Positions 26,201-38,775 of a DNA stretch of 64,000 bases are shown one piece after another. The position numbers and the translations under genes were made by a program. This DNA comes from Vitrella brassicaformis CCMP3155. Its lineage: Eukaryota; Protista; Chromerida. The stretch is taken from contig CDMY01000499.1 of NCBI GenBank assembly GCA_001179505.1, positions 186,001 to 250,000 of the forward strand, written 5' to 3'. Positions within the stretch are counted from its first letter, which is position 1. Each line of letters opens with the position of its first letter. A model generated the notes under the pieces. It did no database searches, was not told the origin of the DNA, and worked only from the letters and a program-made list of their open reading frames with translations.

Positions 26201-29200
26201 GAGGCCAACCAGGCCCCACCCCCACACCCGCCGCCGCAGCAGCAGGAGCAGGAGACCAAGGCAACGGGCCCTGCCCCTAGCAGCAAGGCGGCAGCGGCTG
26301 GCCGTGTGAGCCCCAAGGGGCAGGAGCAGCCGGACAACAAAAACACACGAGCACAAAAGGTGGGAGGGACGCACTCAACTCGACAGGGGACGGGCAATGG
26401 TGGATGGATGGATGGATGGACGCTCCTTTGGTGTGCTGTGTTTCATGAATCCTTTGTTTGTCCTTCCTCCGTCCGTCGTCATGCAGCAGCGTGTGGGTCA
26501 TTCGAACAGCGCTAGCAGCGTGCATCAGCGCTGGCTGCCCAAGGGGTCCCCTCATCAGGAGGCCATGTCGGCCGTGTCATCGGGAGCGGCCACCCCCACA
26601 CAGGCCGCACCTGCCACGGACAAGAGCAAGCGGGACAACGCAACAACCATGACCATCGAACGGTCCGTACACATGCGCCCCTCCATCACGTGCACCGTTG
26701 CACCTTGGTGTCTGTCTGTGTGTGTGTGTGTGCCAGCGCTGAGCGAGAGGTGTACTACGGCGCTGTGCAGCACCTCTCCAGCCACCAGTGAGCAGCCACC
26801 AACACACACACACACACACGCTCCCTATCGTGCTGTCACGGCCACTGAGCTGTCCTCTGTCCGTGTGTTCCGGTGGGTGGGTGCAGTTCGGTTCCCCTCA
26901 GTGAGCTCGCCATGATCCTTCAATCCAGTGCTCGTCCGGCGATGGACCACCTGGTGCTTCATGTGGGGCCGGAGTCCCTGGTGCAGCTGCTGCGGCGCTC
27001 TCCGGTGTTCATCGTCAGCGACGGCATGATACAGACAAATGTCGAAAGTGAGCTAAACGGCGATAGAATATTATGCTCTTAATGGATCCCTCCCTCCCTC
27101 CCTCCCTCCGTGTGTGTGTCAGTGGTTGGTTGGGACACGCTCAAGGGCCGGATCATCGCAGAGGCACACATGGCGCTCGAACGAAACACGTAAACGACTT
27201 ATATTCTACAAATTGACCACGCATGGCTTCATTCTCTTTCTTTGGCTCCTCCTTCTGTGTGTGGTCTTTCCCTTTCACATGTGCAGGTTTCTCGACGCAC
27301 GCTCGCTGCTCGACATCCTCTCGCAAGGTAGGGAGCCTCGCTACACCCACCCTCTCTGCCAGCGCAATCATCACCCTAGCTCCATCTCTGTCTTGCCTGC
27401 CCTCTGCCCTCCTGTGTGCAGCAATCCCCGGTGTGGAGCAGCTGCTGCATCACCGCAGCCAGGCAGCCACGGCCGCCAACATGCTCCACCCGCTTCATCG
27501 GCCCGCCAGGAATCGCAAGAGGGGCTCATCGCACGCCCATAGCCACCACACACACGTGACGGAGACCTTCATCGCCCATCTGTTAGGCCGCTCGGCTGCT
27601 CCCGGCGTGCATGTGGCGATGCGCCTGGACAGTGAGGGGCGGGAGGTGATGCCGGTGATGTCGCTGCGGCCCCTGAGGGGCGCGGGTCGGCAGTATCTGC
27701 CCTTTGAGGTGTCGGATGAGGTCAGATTTGACGGCCGGCCTGACCCTTCGTCGTGTGAGCCGGGGAGGGGCAAGAAGAAGCGGCACAGCGATGGCGATAC
27801 CCCACACAACGACATCGCACACGAGGCCAATGGGTGAGAAACAAAGGGATGGGCGGGGCGGACACACCACGATTGATAAACACATAATGCCTGTCGTCTC
27901 TTTCTCTCAGGTCTGGTGTTGCGAATGGCCACAATGGACTGCCCGTCATCCTTCCCCGGCACAACAACGAGCCCTCCCTCACCCCACCAGCCGAGCCCAG
28001 CACCACATTGGCAGCCCCTCCTCTCAACAGGTTCTTCATGCCGACTCCCCGGCCCCCACAGCCGCCCCCTCCTCGATCCGCCATCCTCCCCGCTGCCGCC
28101 AGCGAAAGAGCCACAGACGGACTGCAGGGCCGCCACGTGTACCATGTTCCTGTGAGCGGCATGCACATGGTACACGTGGCGGCCCTGGGTGGCGTCACGA
28201 GTGAGATCGACATGGGCCGGGCCATGTATGTGGAGCAGCTGGAGCAGCAGATGATTGAGAGCTCGCGGGCCGCGCACAGCGCGACACCTGACGCATCGCC
28301 ACAAGCCGCGCCAGCCCAGCAGCAGCAGCAGCAGCAGCCACAGGCGCCCCCTTTCTTGCAGCAGCAGGTCGAGCTCCGGCTGCCCATTTCAGCTGCCCAT
28401 CACCGTGAGGAAGGTCTCCTTCCCTCACCAAGTGGCGGTGTGAGAGGAGCGATGGAGGTGAACGATCTGAGGGAGCTGCCGGGCAGCATCGCCAACATGG
28501 CGGCCATGTCGATCATCAGGAACGCCGCGACCAACACCCCTGAGGCGCAACACATCCGGCCACCGCTGCCACATGCCGGTGGCCCCACCCCTGCATCAAC
28601 CCCGACGCCCTCTTACTCGACCAATGCTCGCATGGTCGGGATGCCCTCCCCCGCCGCCCGCCCCCCTCCGCCACCACCGCCGCCCNNNNNNNNNNNNNNN
28701 NNNNNNNNNNNNNNNNNNNNNNNNNNNNNNNNNNNNNNNNNNNNNNNNNNNNNNNNNNNNNNNNNNNNNNNNNNNNNNNNNNNNNNNNNNNNNNNNNNNN
28801 NNNNNNNNNNNNNNNNNNNNNNNNNNNNNNNNNNNNNNNNNNNNNNNNNNNNNNNNNNNNNNNNNNNNNNNNNNNNNNNNNNNNNNNNNNNNNNNNNNNN
28901 NNNNNNNNNNNNNNNNNNNNNNNNNNNNNNNNNNNNNNNNNNNNNNNNNNNNNNNNNNNNNNNNNNNNNNNNNNNNNNNNNNNNNCATGCCGTCGCCACT
29001 AGCAGCGCCGCCGGGCCCTCTCCTACCACCTTCGATGCCCATGCCGATACCTGTTTCTCACCAGCACGGCTTCACGGCTTCCAACATCGCATTCTCTCAG
29101 TACACGGCTTCGCTGCATCAGCAGCAGCAACAGCAGGCCCAGCTGCAGCAGGGGTCACCACAGGCACTGCACCAGGACGAGCAGGGTAGCAACCACCACA

Positions 29201-30751
29201 ACCGCATTGTGGAGCAGCGCATCAAGCAGATGCTCCACATCGATGGTGGCCCTGCCCCTCCTGCTGCTCCTGCCGTCCCGGCTGCAGCTGCCGCCCCCAG
29301 CCCCTCATCCCACGAGGCAATGAGTGCTATCCCCTCGCCACGCTCGCCACGCTCATCGGATGTGCACCCTTACCCACCAGCACCAGTGCCCTTGCCGATG
29401 CCCATTGCGATGCCGCTGCCGCTGCCAGCACCGTCGTCATACCAGCAGCACCCGCTGCTGCACCATGTGGACGATGTGAGCGTCAGCATGTCGGGACCGA
29501 TCGGCTCGCATCACTCAGGTGTGGGGTTGAGCTCGAGCCCCTCACTCGACAGCAGGGGGGAGGGCGACAGCACACACCTGGGTGGAGGAGCTAGTGGCGA
29601 GCCAATGCCCTGGGCGAGCCCAGCAGGTGAGAATGAATAATGTATTTTGATCCACATGAGCTCAGCTGCAGTATCTGCCATGAGCACCCGCCGTCTGTGT
29701 GTGTGTTGGTGTCTTTTCATCAGGTGTCCCCCTTCCGTCAGCCCTTCACTTCGGCGGCTCTCCCCACCCGATGCTCGTCGGGCGACCCAATGGCGTCGTC
29801 CCTCCCCCGCCCCCTGCTCACATGCAGCCCCGGCCCCGACCAACACCCCTCCCCATCCGCCCTCTGCAAAGCTACGCCGGCTCCTCTCTCCACCACCACC
29901 ACCACCAGGACACAAGAGTGCCCATCCACCAGACCAGGATAGCAGCTCCGGCCAGCAGCGCCAATCTGGTGTCGTCTGATGGAGGCGTGGGCCAGCAGAT
30001 GTCACCGACTTCAGAGTCGAGTGGCCCTCCATCGTCTGTGGTGGACAACCAGCCGGGCGGGGCGCCGCCGCCCAACGGTGTGTGGCAGCAGGTGCCCAGT
30101 GGCCCCACGAGCGACTTCGAGAACCTGCCAAAGGCCATTAGGAGCCACGAGCTGCCCGTCACTAACCAATACCAAGCGGTGAGTGAGTCAGGGAGGTAGC
30201 GGGATGGACTGAACGCATTCGCGAATGTGTGTGTGGTCCTTCCTAATTTGTATGCGAAGGCTGGTGAGGCCTCGCCGGGTCTATCTGAGTGGGACACGTG
30301 TGTGGAGGTGCGGTGTGTGGCGGCGTCGGTGGATGTCCAGACCATCCGGGACATCGCGAGAGAGTCGGGCGCCGCCCAGTGGTACGCCGACGTCGATGCG
30401 GCCCGCAGTTGGGACCGCCGCTGCCACGTCATGACACTCTACTTCCTCTTCAGCACGGTACAACCACCCAAAGACACCCACACACCCACACACACGGATG
30501 TTTTCTTGTCTATGTGCAGGCTGAGGATGCGTCGGTGGCCGCGAATCGTTTCCCGCGCGACGCCCGCCTCCACATGCCGCACCCACCACCGCCGCCACTC
30601 AAGCACTGGACAATCAAGGTACGCTCTCGCAATCGCGCACAGCCTAACGACGGCAGGGGAAGTGTGTGTGGTGTTGACGGATGCACAGGTGAGCCAAGGC
30701 AGGTTGACCAACATCCAGGGACCGCCGCTGCCGTCAGGGCTGTTCAACTAG
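17286..30751 (+). CDS. Giant USP7-like pseudo-deubiquitinase: MATH - inactive USP fold - UBL1/2-like - PHD-like - 4x unknown repeat - acidic/coiled coil - wHTH-like - Pro/Gln-rich - RRM-like
   Basis: About 40 exons splice in frame from ATG 17286 to TAG 30751; most junctions were checked by hand, and the 300-N gap is unresolved. MATH: VRNLRAVFTP, WCSVNVLVRITLVNHKDDNRS. USP: LLQPLLCIPSVR, IDLDVP..SVPQLLREY, PNAQIICMRFTY, YDLHSLLV, WRVFYDGTVS, QAIYIK. UBL-like: VKVVSCD, LIVKYFDP, VVVYQP. Confidence 0.75.
28686..28985. other. Assembly gap (300 N) inside the Pro-rich part of the USP7-like gene
   Basis: Run of N flanked by C-rich, poly-Pro-coding sequence. Confidence 0.99.
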
Positions 30752-31219
30752 CCAGACAGACAGACAGACATCCATCGTGGGTTTGCAAAGGAATGCAGCG
30801 GTGGTTGGTGTCCACATCTGCATGAGATGAGCTGAGCTGAGATGGAAGCGAAGCAAGGAAGAGTGAGTGCATTGATTCATTCCTTCGTTGATGGTGACAC
30901 ACACGCGATGGGTAGGTAGAACGGGGGGATGCATGCATGGATGGAGACGTATACACACATACCTATGCAGACAAGGATTGCGTAGCGACGGACTCTCACT
31001 CCCGGGCGGCGGCTGTTTTTGCGTGTGTGGACGACAGACAGGGGAAAGACCACAGGGTGTCGGTGTCGTGTTCAATGCACGGTCATGTCGCAGCATTTCT
31101 GGCTAGATCGGCCGTTGCGATCGGCCGTTGTCGGCCGTTTCGAGCGTACGTGTAGAAAAACGTTGCAGAAGTTCCGTCCAGCTGCAGGCTTGTCCAACTG
31201 CCCCCTTTGACGCTTGGAT

Positions 31220-32839
31220 CATGGCCCGACTTGCCCTTTACCTGGTCTGTGTTTGCTGTGTGTGTCTTGTTGCGGCATCCGTCGACCCCGATGTCACGGA
31301 GAAGCTTGAGGGGCTGCTGGAGTTCGTCCTGAACGTACTCGCACGGACCAAAGGTGATGGCGCGGACGAGGCCAACGCAGCTGACGCAGATGAAACGGGT
31401 GGGCCTGGATGAGGTCAAACACACTGTATGTATCTATGTTTTTCCCGCCTACCATAGCTGTTGCGCATGCTCCCAAGGCCAACAAGGGCGAGGTGTGCCC
31501 CGTCCTGAGCATGGAGGCCATGGCCGAGGAGGACGGCAACGGGCTCTCGTTGCCGAGCGCGATCGTGTCCGCACGCAGCGAGCACTACATCGACCTCCCA
31601 TTGGTAAGGCTAGGACCACTCTCGAGGTGGCGGACAAACGGCCGGACTGGAGTGCGTGCAGGGCATGGCGAGAAGGCTGGGATACACTGAGATCGTCATG
31701 GCCGTCCATTCGCACGAGGGAGATGCCAACATCATAGTGCAGTCGCAGCAAGGGTGAGTGTGCGTGTACCACATCTTCAACTGACAAGCACGTATCCTGA
31801 TGTCACCTGGGCCAGGCACGTGTATGGCAGCTCGACGGCGCCTTCGACAAAAAAAGCCAGCCTTTTCGAAGACACCATCATCGTGCCCACCGCAGCCAAT
31901 GTGACTGCACATGCTTTCGTGGTGCCCGCTGGCGGCGAAGATGCCAATGTGGTGAGACAGAAAGGCCGCCTCAGAGACCATTCCGACGTCCATACGTATT
32001 GCCGTGTACCTGCTCTGTGTGGGTGTGTCACATGTGTCAAACAGACGGTGTTGCTGTCGTTGCGGAATGAGGGCTGCAAGGTGCCCTTCGCAATCCCCGG
32101 CATACACAACAAGACAATCGTCGACCTCTCTGCGGACCTGCGTGACGTCATGCTGCCTCCTCCGCGCGACGACATGAGCCAGACTTTCGCCTACTACAGA
32201 AAGCTGTCGAGCGTGTCCGAGAAAGACGTGGCCATAGCAGAGAAGCTTATTGAGGAGCTACGCAAGGGCCACGATTCTGAGAAGCTGCTGGCGAGCAGCG
32301 GACTGGAGCCCTTTGAGTACCGACTGGACGCTAAGGACACTCAGAAGCTCTGGAAAGACAAGGTGAGGGACACAGCAGGACAGAAATACATCGGAAAGAT
32401 CAGATGTGTGGCTGACTCGATGCGTTTCTGTGGTGTATTTGTGGTCCGTGTTGCACTTTCGCTCCCCCAGGAGACGCCGGTGCCCAGGAGCCGATTGACA
32501 ACCAGAGAGCAGGGTAGATTGACGAACTGCGAAAGAGTGGCGATGCCCGCATGTGTGTGTGTGTGTGTGTGTGTGTGGTTTTTGGCTGCAGCTGAAGTCG
32601 TTACATCCGAAGTAAACTGTCCCACATCTTGTTGCTGCTACTGCTATTATCAGAATTGTCCGGACGGCCGCGGGCTGACACGGCCATCATGCGAAGAGGG
32701 TGCGGATCGCAGCCCGTGCACATTGTTTTCCGTCTCCAGCCCGTGTTTGAATGCCCCTGCCTCGTGCATCTGTCCCTGCACCAACACAGAATATCAGATC
32801 TCGTGTGAGTTCGGCCCACTCGCCGATGGAATGTGCTAG
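31220..32839 (+). CDS. Secreted hypothetical protein with Cys-rich C-terminal domain
   Basis: Signal-peptide-like MARLALYLVCVCCVCLVAAS. Several spliced exons. Terminal exon CPTSCCCYCYYQNC...CICPCTNTEYQISCEFGPLADGMC* with 14 Cys. Confidence 0.6.
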
Positions 32840-33289
32840 TCAGTCTATCTGATCGGTCAGGCACCTTCACCTTCACCTGCACAAAATTTTCCCCTTTCTG
32901 AATGCTCGGGGCTAGGTGTTGCTCATGTGTGTCTTGTTGAGAGCCCCTGCTTTTGTTTTTGCTGTTTTTCTGCGCGAATGCACGGCGTGGGGGCGGGAAG
33001 GAGGAGTATTCTATGTATGTGTTGTCTCTTTGAAGAATTTTCTGACTGATGGATGCACGTGTTTTTGAAAACCTGCAGCCTTTGCGCCATCAGTGCTAAA
33101 GTTTGCCTGTCTCTGTCTGTCTATCTGTCTGTTTGCCTTTGTTGCCTAACTGTCTGGCTTCCCCTTCGCTAATGGTTGGCATCGAGCCGGCAGGGCCGAA
33201 ATGAAACGCCAAAAGGATGATGACTGAATGGCGAGAAGAAACGTCTCCTTGCCTTGTATGCTTGCTTGTAGGCATGCTGTCTGTATGGC

Positions 33290-34185
33290 TGATTTGTCTG
33301 TCCCGGCTGGCTGTGTTTCCGTCTCTGTGTGTCCGTCTCTGTGTGTCCATGTCTGTGTGTGTCCGTGTCTGTGTGTGTCCGTGTCTCTGCGGCCGTGTGT
33401 GTCTGTCTCTGTCTGTCTGTCTGTCTCTCTTCTTCGTGTACACACACGAGTGCATGTACTGCGCTCTCTGCCTGCGAGCCGCAATTGGCTCAGGGACAGA
33501 CCCACAATTGAGGGAGTGCGCTATGGCGTGGCAGGCCAAACGAAGGGGTGCAAACATGGGGTATGTAAGACTCGAAGCAATGAGGTATCTGTGAGAGGCC
33601 GTGTTTGAAGCAATGAGGCTGTGACTGAAGGAATGAGAGATGTGGTGTGTGAGTATTGACCGATTATCAGCGACATGTCTTGTCTGTTGTGCGGACGTCG
33701 CCGCCAATCGTGGAGGGGCGACCACACAATGACTGGGTTCGGGGCACGTGTGTGTGGCTTGCCTTCATCGGTGCGTTTGGTGCATGAGCATGAGTCCGAG
33801 CCTTCTGGAGCGATTGGTTGGCAATTCTGAGTGACATATAGCCCAAGGCATTGGTTGGATGAGTGAGTATGTGTGTGGACTAGGGGGGGGTGGGTGAGTG
33901 GTCGGAGTGCTCGGTTGAAGCCATTCAGATCGTCGTCACGCAATCGCATACACACATGCATTCTTCACTCATGCATCGGGGAGGTCTCCCATCTAGATTG
34001 AACGCAGGTATGCGCGGCCTTCACCACCACTCAAATTAATGCATACGAAACTTTGATTAGGGCTTAGCGAGTGATAGGTCGGTCGGTCTGAGACACACAC
34101 ACAGACCGACCGACCGATACACAGACCGACACAGACAAGACAGACAGACAGACACACACACAGACACAGACACACGCACCACGCA
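33290..34185. repeat. Intergenic microsatellite tracts: (TGTC/TG)n at ~33290-33430 and (GACA/CA)n at ~34085-34185
   Basis: Directly visible degenerate di- and tetranucleotide arrays. Confidence 0.8.
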
Positions 34186-34572
34186 TATTCGTCATGCTGG
34201 CACTCCTCGAGGGGATGTGTCTGTGTGTTTGACAGCCAATAAGACCCACACATTCACACGCCGCTAGTGATGGAAACTAGACTGGCTGTCAACTGACTGT
34301 GCAAGACACGTGAATGCAAAGCACTCGGACGTCAACACCATGCCATGCCCTGCGGCAATAACACGATGTACAGGCAAGCCTCTTCCCTAAACAGGCACAC
34401 ATTCCACAGGCACACATTCATAAAACGCATGACTCCGCATGTAGCCAGTTGATGCTTAGAGACACCTTTTTGCCCAGCCCATCATCCAGAAAAGAAAAAG
34501 AAGGGGAAAAACTTGATCAGAGATACATGCATGCCACTGAGACACACCCAAACAGACGAGACAAGCTCGCCA

Positions 34573-35706
34573 TCACAGTGCACCAGCCGGAAAGTACATC
34601 GACAGACCCTGAGCCCGCAGCCACTTCGGCAATTTAGGCATCCCTCGGTCGCCGGGCACCTTCTTGGGTACTTTCTGCCCCGCCTCCCACGGTATGGGTG
34701 TGACGGAATGCCCGGGAGCGTAGGTGCCGTCAGGGAAGAGCGTGCCGCTGTGGATCATGTTGTCCCTCCATTCACCGTCGAACCACAACACAGCACTCAA
34801 GGTCGTACCCCCAAGGATATAGTACGCCTTGCCGTGGCCGTGCCGCTTGCCCGCCTGCCATCCACCTCTGAAGAGGATGAATCTGCCACAGGCGTCTCGC
34901 ATTTCCCCCTCACCGTGTGCCTTTCCGTCGAGTGTGGCACCATGATAGAAGCCCAGCCACTTCCCGTCGTTATCGAAGAGGTTGAGGTTGGTGATGAGGC
35001 CCGGTCCTCTCAGCTCGCCATCACCCCACTGACCCTCATAGGTCGCAAGGCCGCCATCACCCCACTGACCCTCATTGGTCACACGGCCGCTTGTCGACTT
35101 GCCGCGGCCGTGCCGCTTGCCCTCTCTCAACTCGCCCTCGTAGATCTTCCTCTTGCCGTCCGATGCATACTCAATGCCCGTTCCGTGATATTTGCCGGCC
35201 TCCCATTCTCCCTCGTAGATCTTCCTCTCGCCGTCCAATGAGCGCAGCACCCCCGTGCCCTCAGGCACTCCGTTGGCCACCGTGCCGTCGTACAGACCCC
35301 CATCGTACACGATCTTGCGCTGAATGATGTGAGCAATCTGTCGTAGCTCGGCCTGCGCTTGATCCCGCTGGGCTGTCAGCTCCTCAACGCGCTTGTCATA
35401 CTGCTCCCGTACAAGCTCTGTCAAGTGACGGTTGTCTGCATCACGAGAACGCACCCATACACACGAACAAACGGCAAATCATCGCGTACCGTCGACGATG
35501 GTCTGCAGCACTTCGGCCGGGATGGCGGCGCTTGAAGCGGCATGAGAAGAAGTACTAGAAGAGGCATGCGACTCGCTGTCTTCAGGCTCAGGTAGATCAG
35601 GCAAGTTTGGGAATTCCCCATGGAAACCAGCGGGAGGGGATGAGATTGCCCATGAGGGGAGATGAGAGTGGGTGTAGAGGATCGCTGTCGTTGCCCGTGA
35701 AGGCAA
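34573..35706 (-). CDS. MORN-repeat protein with N-terminal coiled coil
   Basis: YDGTVANGVPEGTG, YEGEWEAGKYHGTG, YEGELREGKRHGRG, YHGATLDGKAHGEG and FRGGWQAGKRHGHG. One short intron near 35437-35489. Start codon tentative. Confidence 0.9.
35018..35089. repeat. In-frame ~36-bp tandem duplication within the MORN gene
   Basis: gccatcaccccactgaccctcat occurs twice 36 bp apart, encoding EGQWGDG twice. Confidence 0.8.
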
Positions 35707-36384
35707 CAGATGAGCCAGAGGGACGAGTTCGAGAGTCTCGAGTTCAGAGGGCCATTACACGGAGGGATCCACCCCAACTCAAACGCAGGTTCAACAGCGC
35801 TGTGTCCTTCATCGCATTGCAGCGTGTTGCGCGACAGGAGGGGGGCTCCTGGGAGTTGCCAGATATCGTGATGCGCTACGGCGCCAAGGGGGAGTCTATC
35901 AAGCCGCTCGACCCTGAACGAAAGGTGTCTACTGGTTGTGTGCATACTGCTCAGTTGTTGCCAGTGCTAGTGTTGAGCGACTCGTCTGCACAGGTGCAGG
36001 GCACCGGTGTGTGCATGACATGGGGAGGAGCGGCAGGAAACAACGGAGGGAAGAAGCGGCCAAAGCGGCCAGGAAACTGCGAATGTAGCCACCAACGCAT
36101 CCGAGCGTCAACATACCAAATGCCGTTCACGTAGCCAGCGAATTAGTCGTGCAGGGTAGCATCCACTGGTTGTCCGCCCGCACACAGACAAGACGAGACG
36201 CAACAAGGCATGCAGCAATCCACACGCAAGACGAATCATCCCTAGCCCCTACAGTACAGGGCCCATACTCCACATACTAACCCTCACAAACCTGACAGGG
36301 AGGTGTTCACCTCAGCACCGCACCCACCCTCCCAATGCAGCTGCTCATGCAGCTGCCGCAATCTCATGAGCTTCATTGGGCCCA

Positions 36385-38599
36385 TCACTCGACCCGCCGC
36401 ACTGACATGGGCACACGTAGCGCCACTCGGCCCGACGTGACGGCAGAGCCCCCATGTTTGTCTCTGTCGCACCAGCAGCAAGCTGACGTAGATGGGGACG
36501 GTCGTGGTGGTTGCGGGCTGGTGGGAGGCTCTGTGGGGATGAGCCGGATGAAGAAGGCGCCGTGAGGTGGGATTCCGGGAATGCTGTCAGATGGGATGGT
36601 CTCGTTGAAGTGGCCTGAGGCAACCAACCCAAGCCACACACAGCACAGACAGGCATAGCCCTGTGCACTGCAAGAGACTGGAGTGATGGTAGCGCACATA
36701 CCGATGTCAATTCGCCTCCAGAGGTCACGGGCCCTGTATGAGTCTCCGGGCGTAAGGCCTATCTCGGACCACCTGAGCTGCGACACGGCGAGGGTCTCGC
36801 TGCCGACATTGACCAAGGCGACCGCCACATCACCGCCGGCCAGCCGCCGCACCCAGACGTCGTACGTTCGTGTGCCGTTGTGCGAGTATGACTGCACCCG
36901 CCGCCCCTGGTCTACAGCCGGGTCCTGGTCTACAGCCACCACCTCGGGATTTGACACCACCTCTGCACACAGGCATGTCCACCCATATATATCCACCGAC
37001 ACAATTGGGAAGGACACAAGTGTTCATCCTGCCTACCAGTGCCTACCGAGGGTGTCACTTGTCATAGTGAGGGGGTCGTGGCCGAGAATAAGAGGGGCAG
37101 CCAGGATCGACTGACATTGGATTGGCACACACGCAGACACACAGAAAAGGCAAGGCAGGCCCACAGACACACAGACAGACACAGGATAGCGTACGTGGTA
37201 TATATTTCATGTCGGTCCTTGTGTGTCGAGTGTCGCGGTACCGTACCCAGATGGCCATTTGTGTCTGTCCCTCTTCCTTGGTCAGCCCATTGCCGACCTC
37301 GAGCATGTCGGGATCGTTGAAGCTGCACATATGATACGTACGATCACATATATAAAGGACCGAAAGGACCATGAATGACATGCACGGTTGCATGTCTACC
37401 TGTCGGGCCCAGCAATGGGGACAAGCACGTCCTGGTGCTCGGCCCTGCACTCGCAACAGAAATAGCCACGCAGCAGCGAGAAATGGTCGAGCGGTTAGTT
37501 GGTTGGTCGCCTACAGGCTGCATACCACCAGTCAGCAATGGCCATCACGCTGCTCCAATGACCAGAGATGTCACCATAAATGCGCCATAGATCACTGACC
37601 AACACACAACACACGGCACACACATTTCCTGCGCATGTATCCTTGTGTCCGGCTCCCTTCCTCCCTCCCACTCTTACCTACCAAATCTGTGATACGTATG
37701 TGAAGTTGAAGTGCTCGGGCTTTTGGGGATCGATGGCGTATGCTGGCCAACTGCAGCTGAAGACGATCCCCCTGCCGCCCCTCTCCTCACGCACGCCCCT
37801 CAGCAGCTCAGACCAGTGCGTGTAGAGAGCCTTCATGTCCTTGGTGCTCGCCCAACAGCCGTCAAGCTTCAGATAATCGACTATATAACCGAAAAGAAAT
37901 GACGCGTAGACCCCTGTGTGTATGTGGGATCGTTCGTCACTGACTCACCCCCCCAGTCGGCGAACGTCTTGACATCGAGCGCCTCACTGCCCATGGAGCC
38001 GGCATAGCCCTGACAGGTCCTTGTGCCGCAGTCGGAGTAGATGCCGTAGAGCATCCCCCTCTCATGCAAGTAGTCGCCCAGCGCCTTCATGCCGCTGGGG
38101 AAGCGGACAGGGTCGCCCTGCAGCGGGGCGCTCTTGTTGCGGGCGCCATGAACGGCCCCCCAGCAGTCGTCGAGGTTGACATATCTGTAGCCGATATCCC
38201 TTAGGCCGGTGCTGACGAGCACCTCGGCCACCTGGTGGATGGTCGTCTCGGTCAGCTTCGATGTGTGGCAGCCGTATGAGTTCCAGCTGTTCCATCCCTG
38301 CAGGCACAGCACAAATGAATGAATGCATCACACACACACACACACACGACTCATGAATGTCGGTTTAGGCAGGACTCATGCTTGTTTCGTGATCTGTGCA
38401 GTCATGCATGTGTTCACTCACGCACCATGGGCGGCTTGGACAGCATGCTGGCATCCTTCGCAGCCTCTCCCAGTGCTGCCACAAAGGCAAAGAACAGCGA
38501 GCACAGCCAGAAAGCGCCTCGGGAGCGTTCGATATCAAATCTCCGTCTGCCTTCCCTCTCCTTTGGCTTCATTTCACAGCTCATTTGCCCTCGGCCCAT
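36385..38599 (-). CDS. GH27 alpha-galactosidase / alpha-N-acetylgalactosaminidase family, secreted
   Basis: Signal-like FWLCSLFFAFVAALG. Motifs KPPM/GWNSWN, YVNLDDCW, YGIYSDCG, DYLKLDGC, FSCSWPAY, CDLWRIYGDI, FNDPDMLEVGN, APLILG and VVAVDQDP, plus a melibiase C-terminal domain. Exact termini uncertain. Confidence 0.95.
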
Positions 38600-38775
38600 T
38601 GCGGAGAGATCTTCATTTCTAAGCTCGCAGATCCCAGTGCCGGACTGAAACCGCTGCTCTCTCCTCTTCTCTTTGTAGAATCGCCGCAGTGACGTGCTGA
38701 AACACGAGATATAGAAATAATCAAGTTTTCCACACGCATCTCTTCCTTGTTGCCTCTCTTATCTGGATCTGTGAA

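Noticed and set aside
28686-28985. Frame change across the N gap as evidence of a frameshift or gene boundary
   Set aside because: The gap length (exactly 300 N, as at 42774-43073) is a placeholder, so frame across it is uninformative.
33096-33725. ORFs rich in HTHT/CVCV/DRQT
   Set aside because: Translations of (AC)n/(TG)n/(GACA)n microsatellites in introns or intergenic DNA.
35607-36134. 175-aa plus-strand ORF (…WELPDIVMRYGAKGESIKPLDPERK…) between the MORN and GH27 genes
   Set aside because: No convincing start, splice chain or domain; overlaps the MORN 5' end. Could be a small gene or relic but unsupported.
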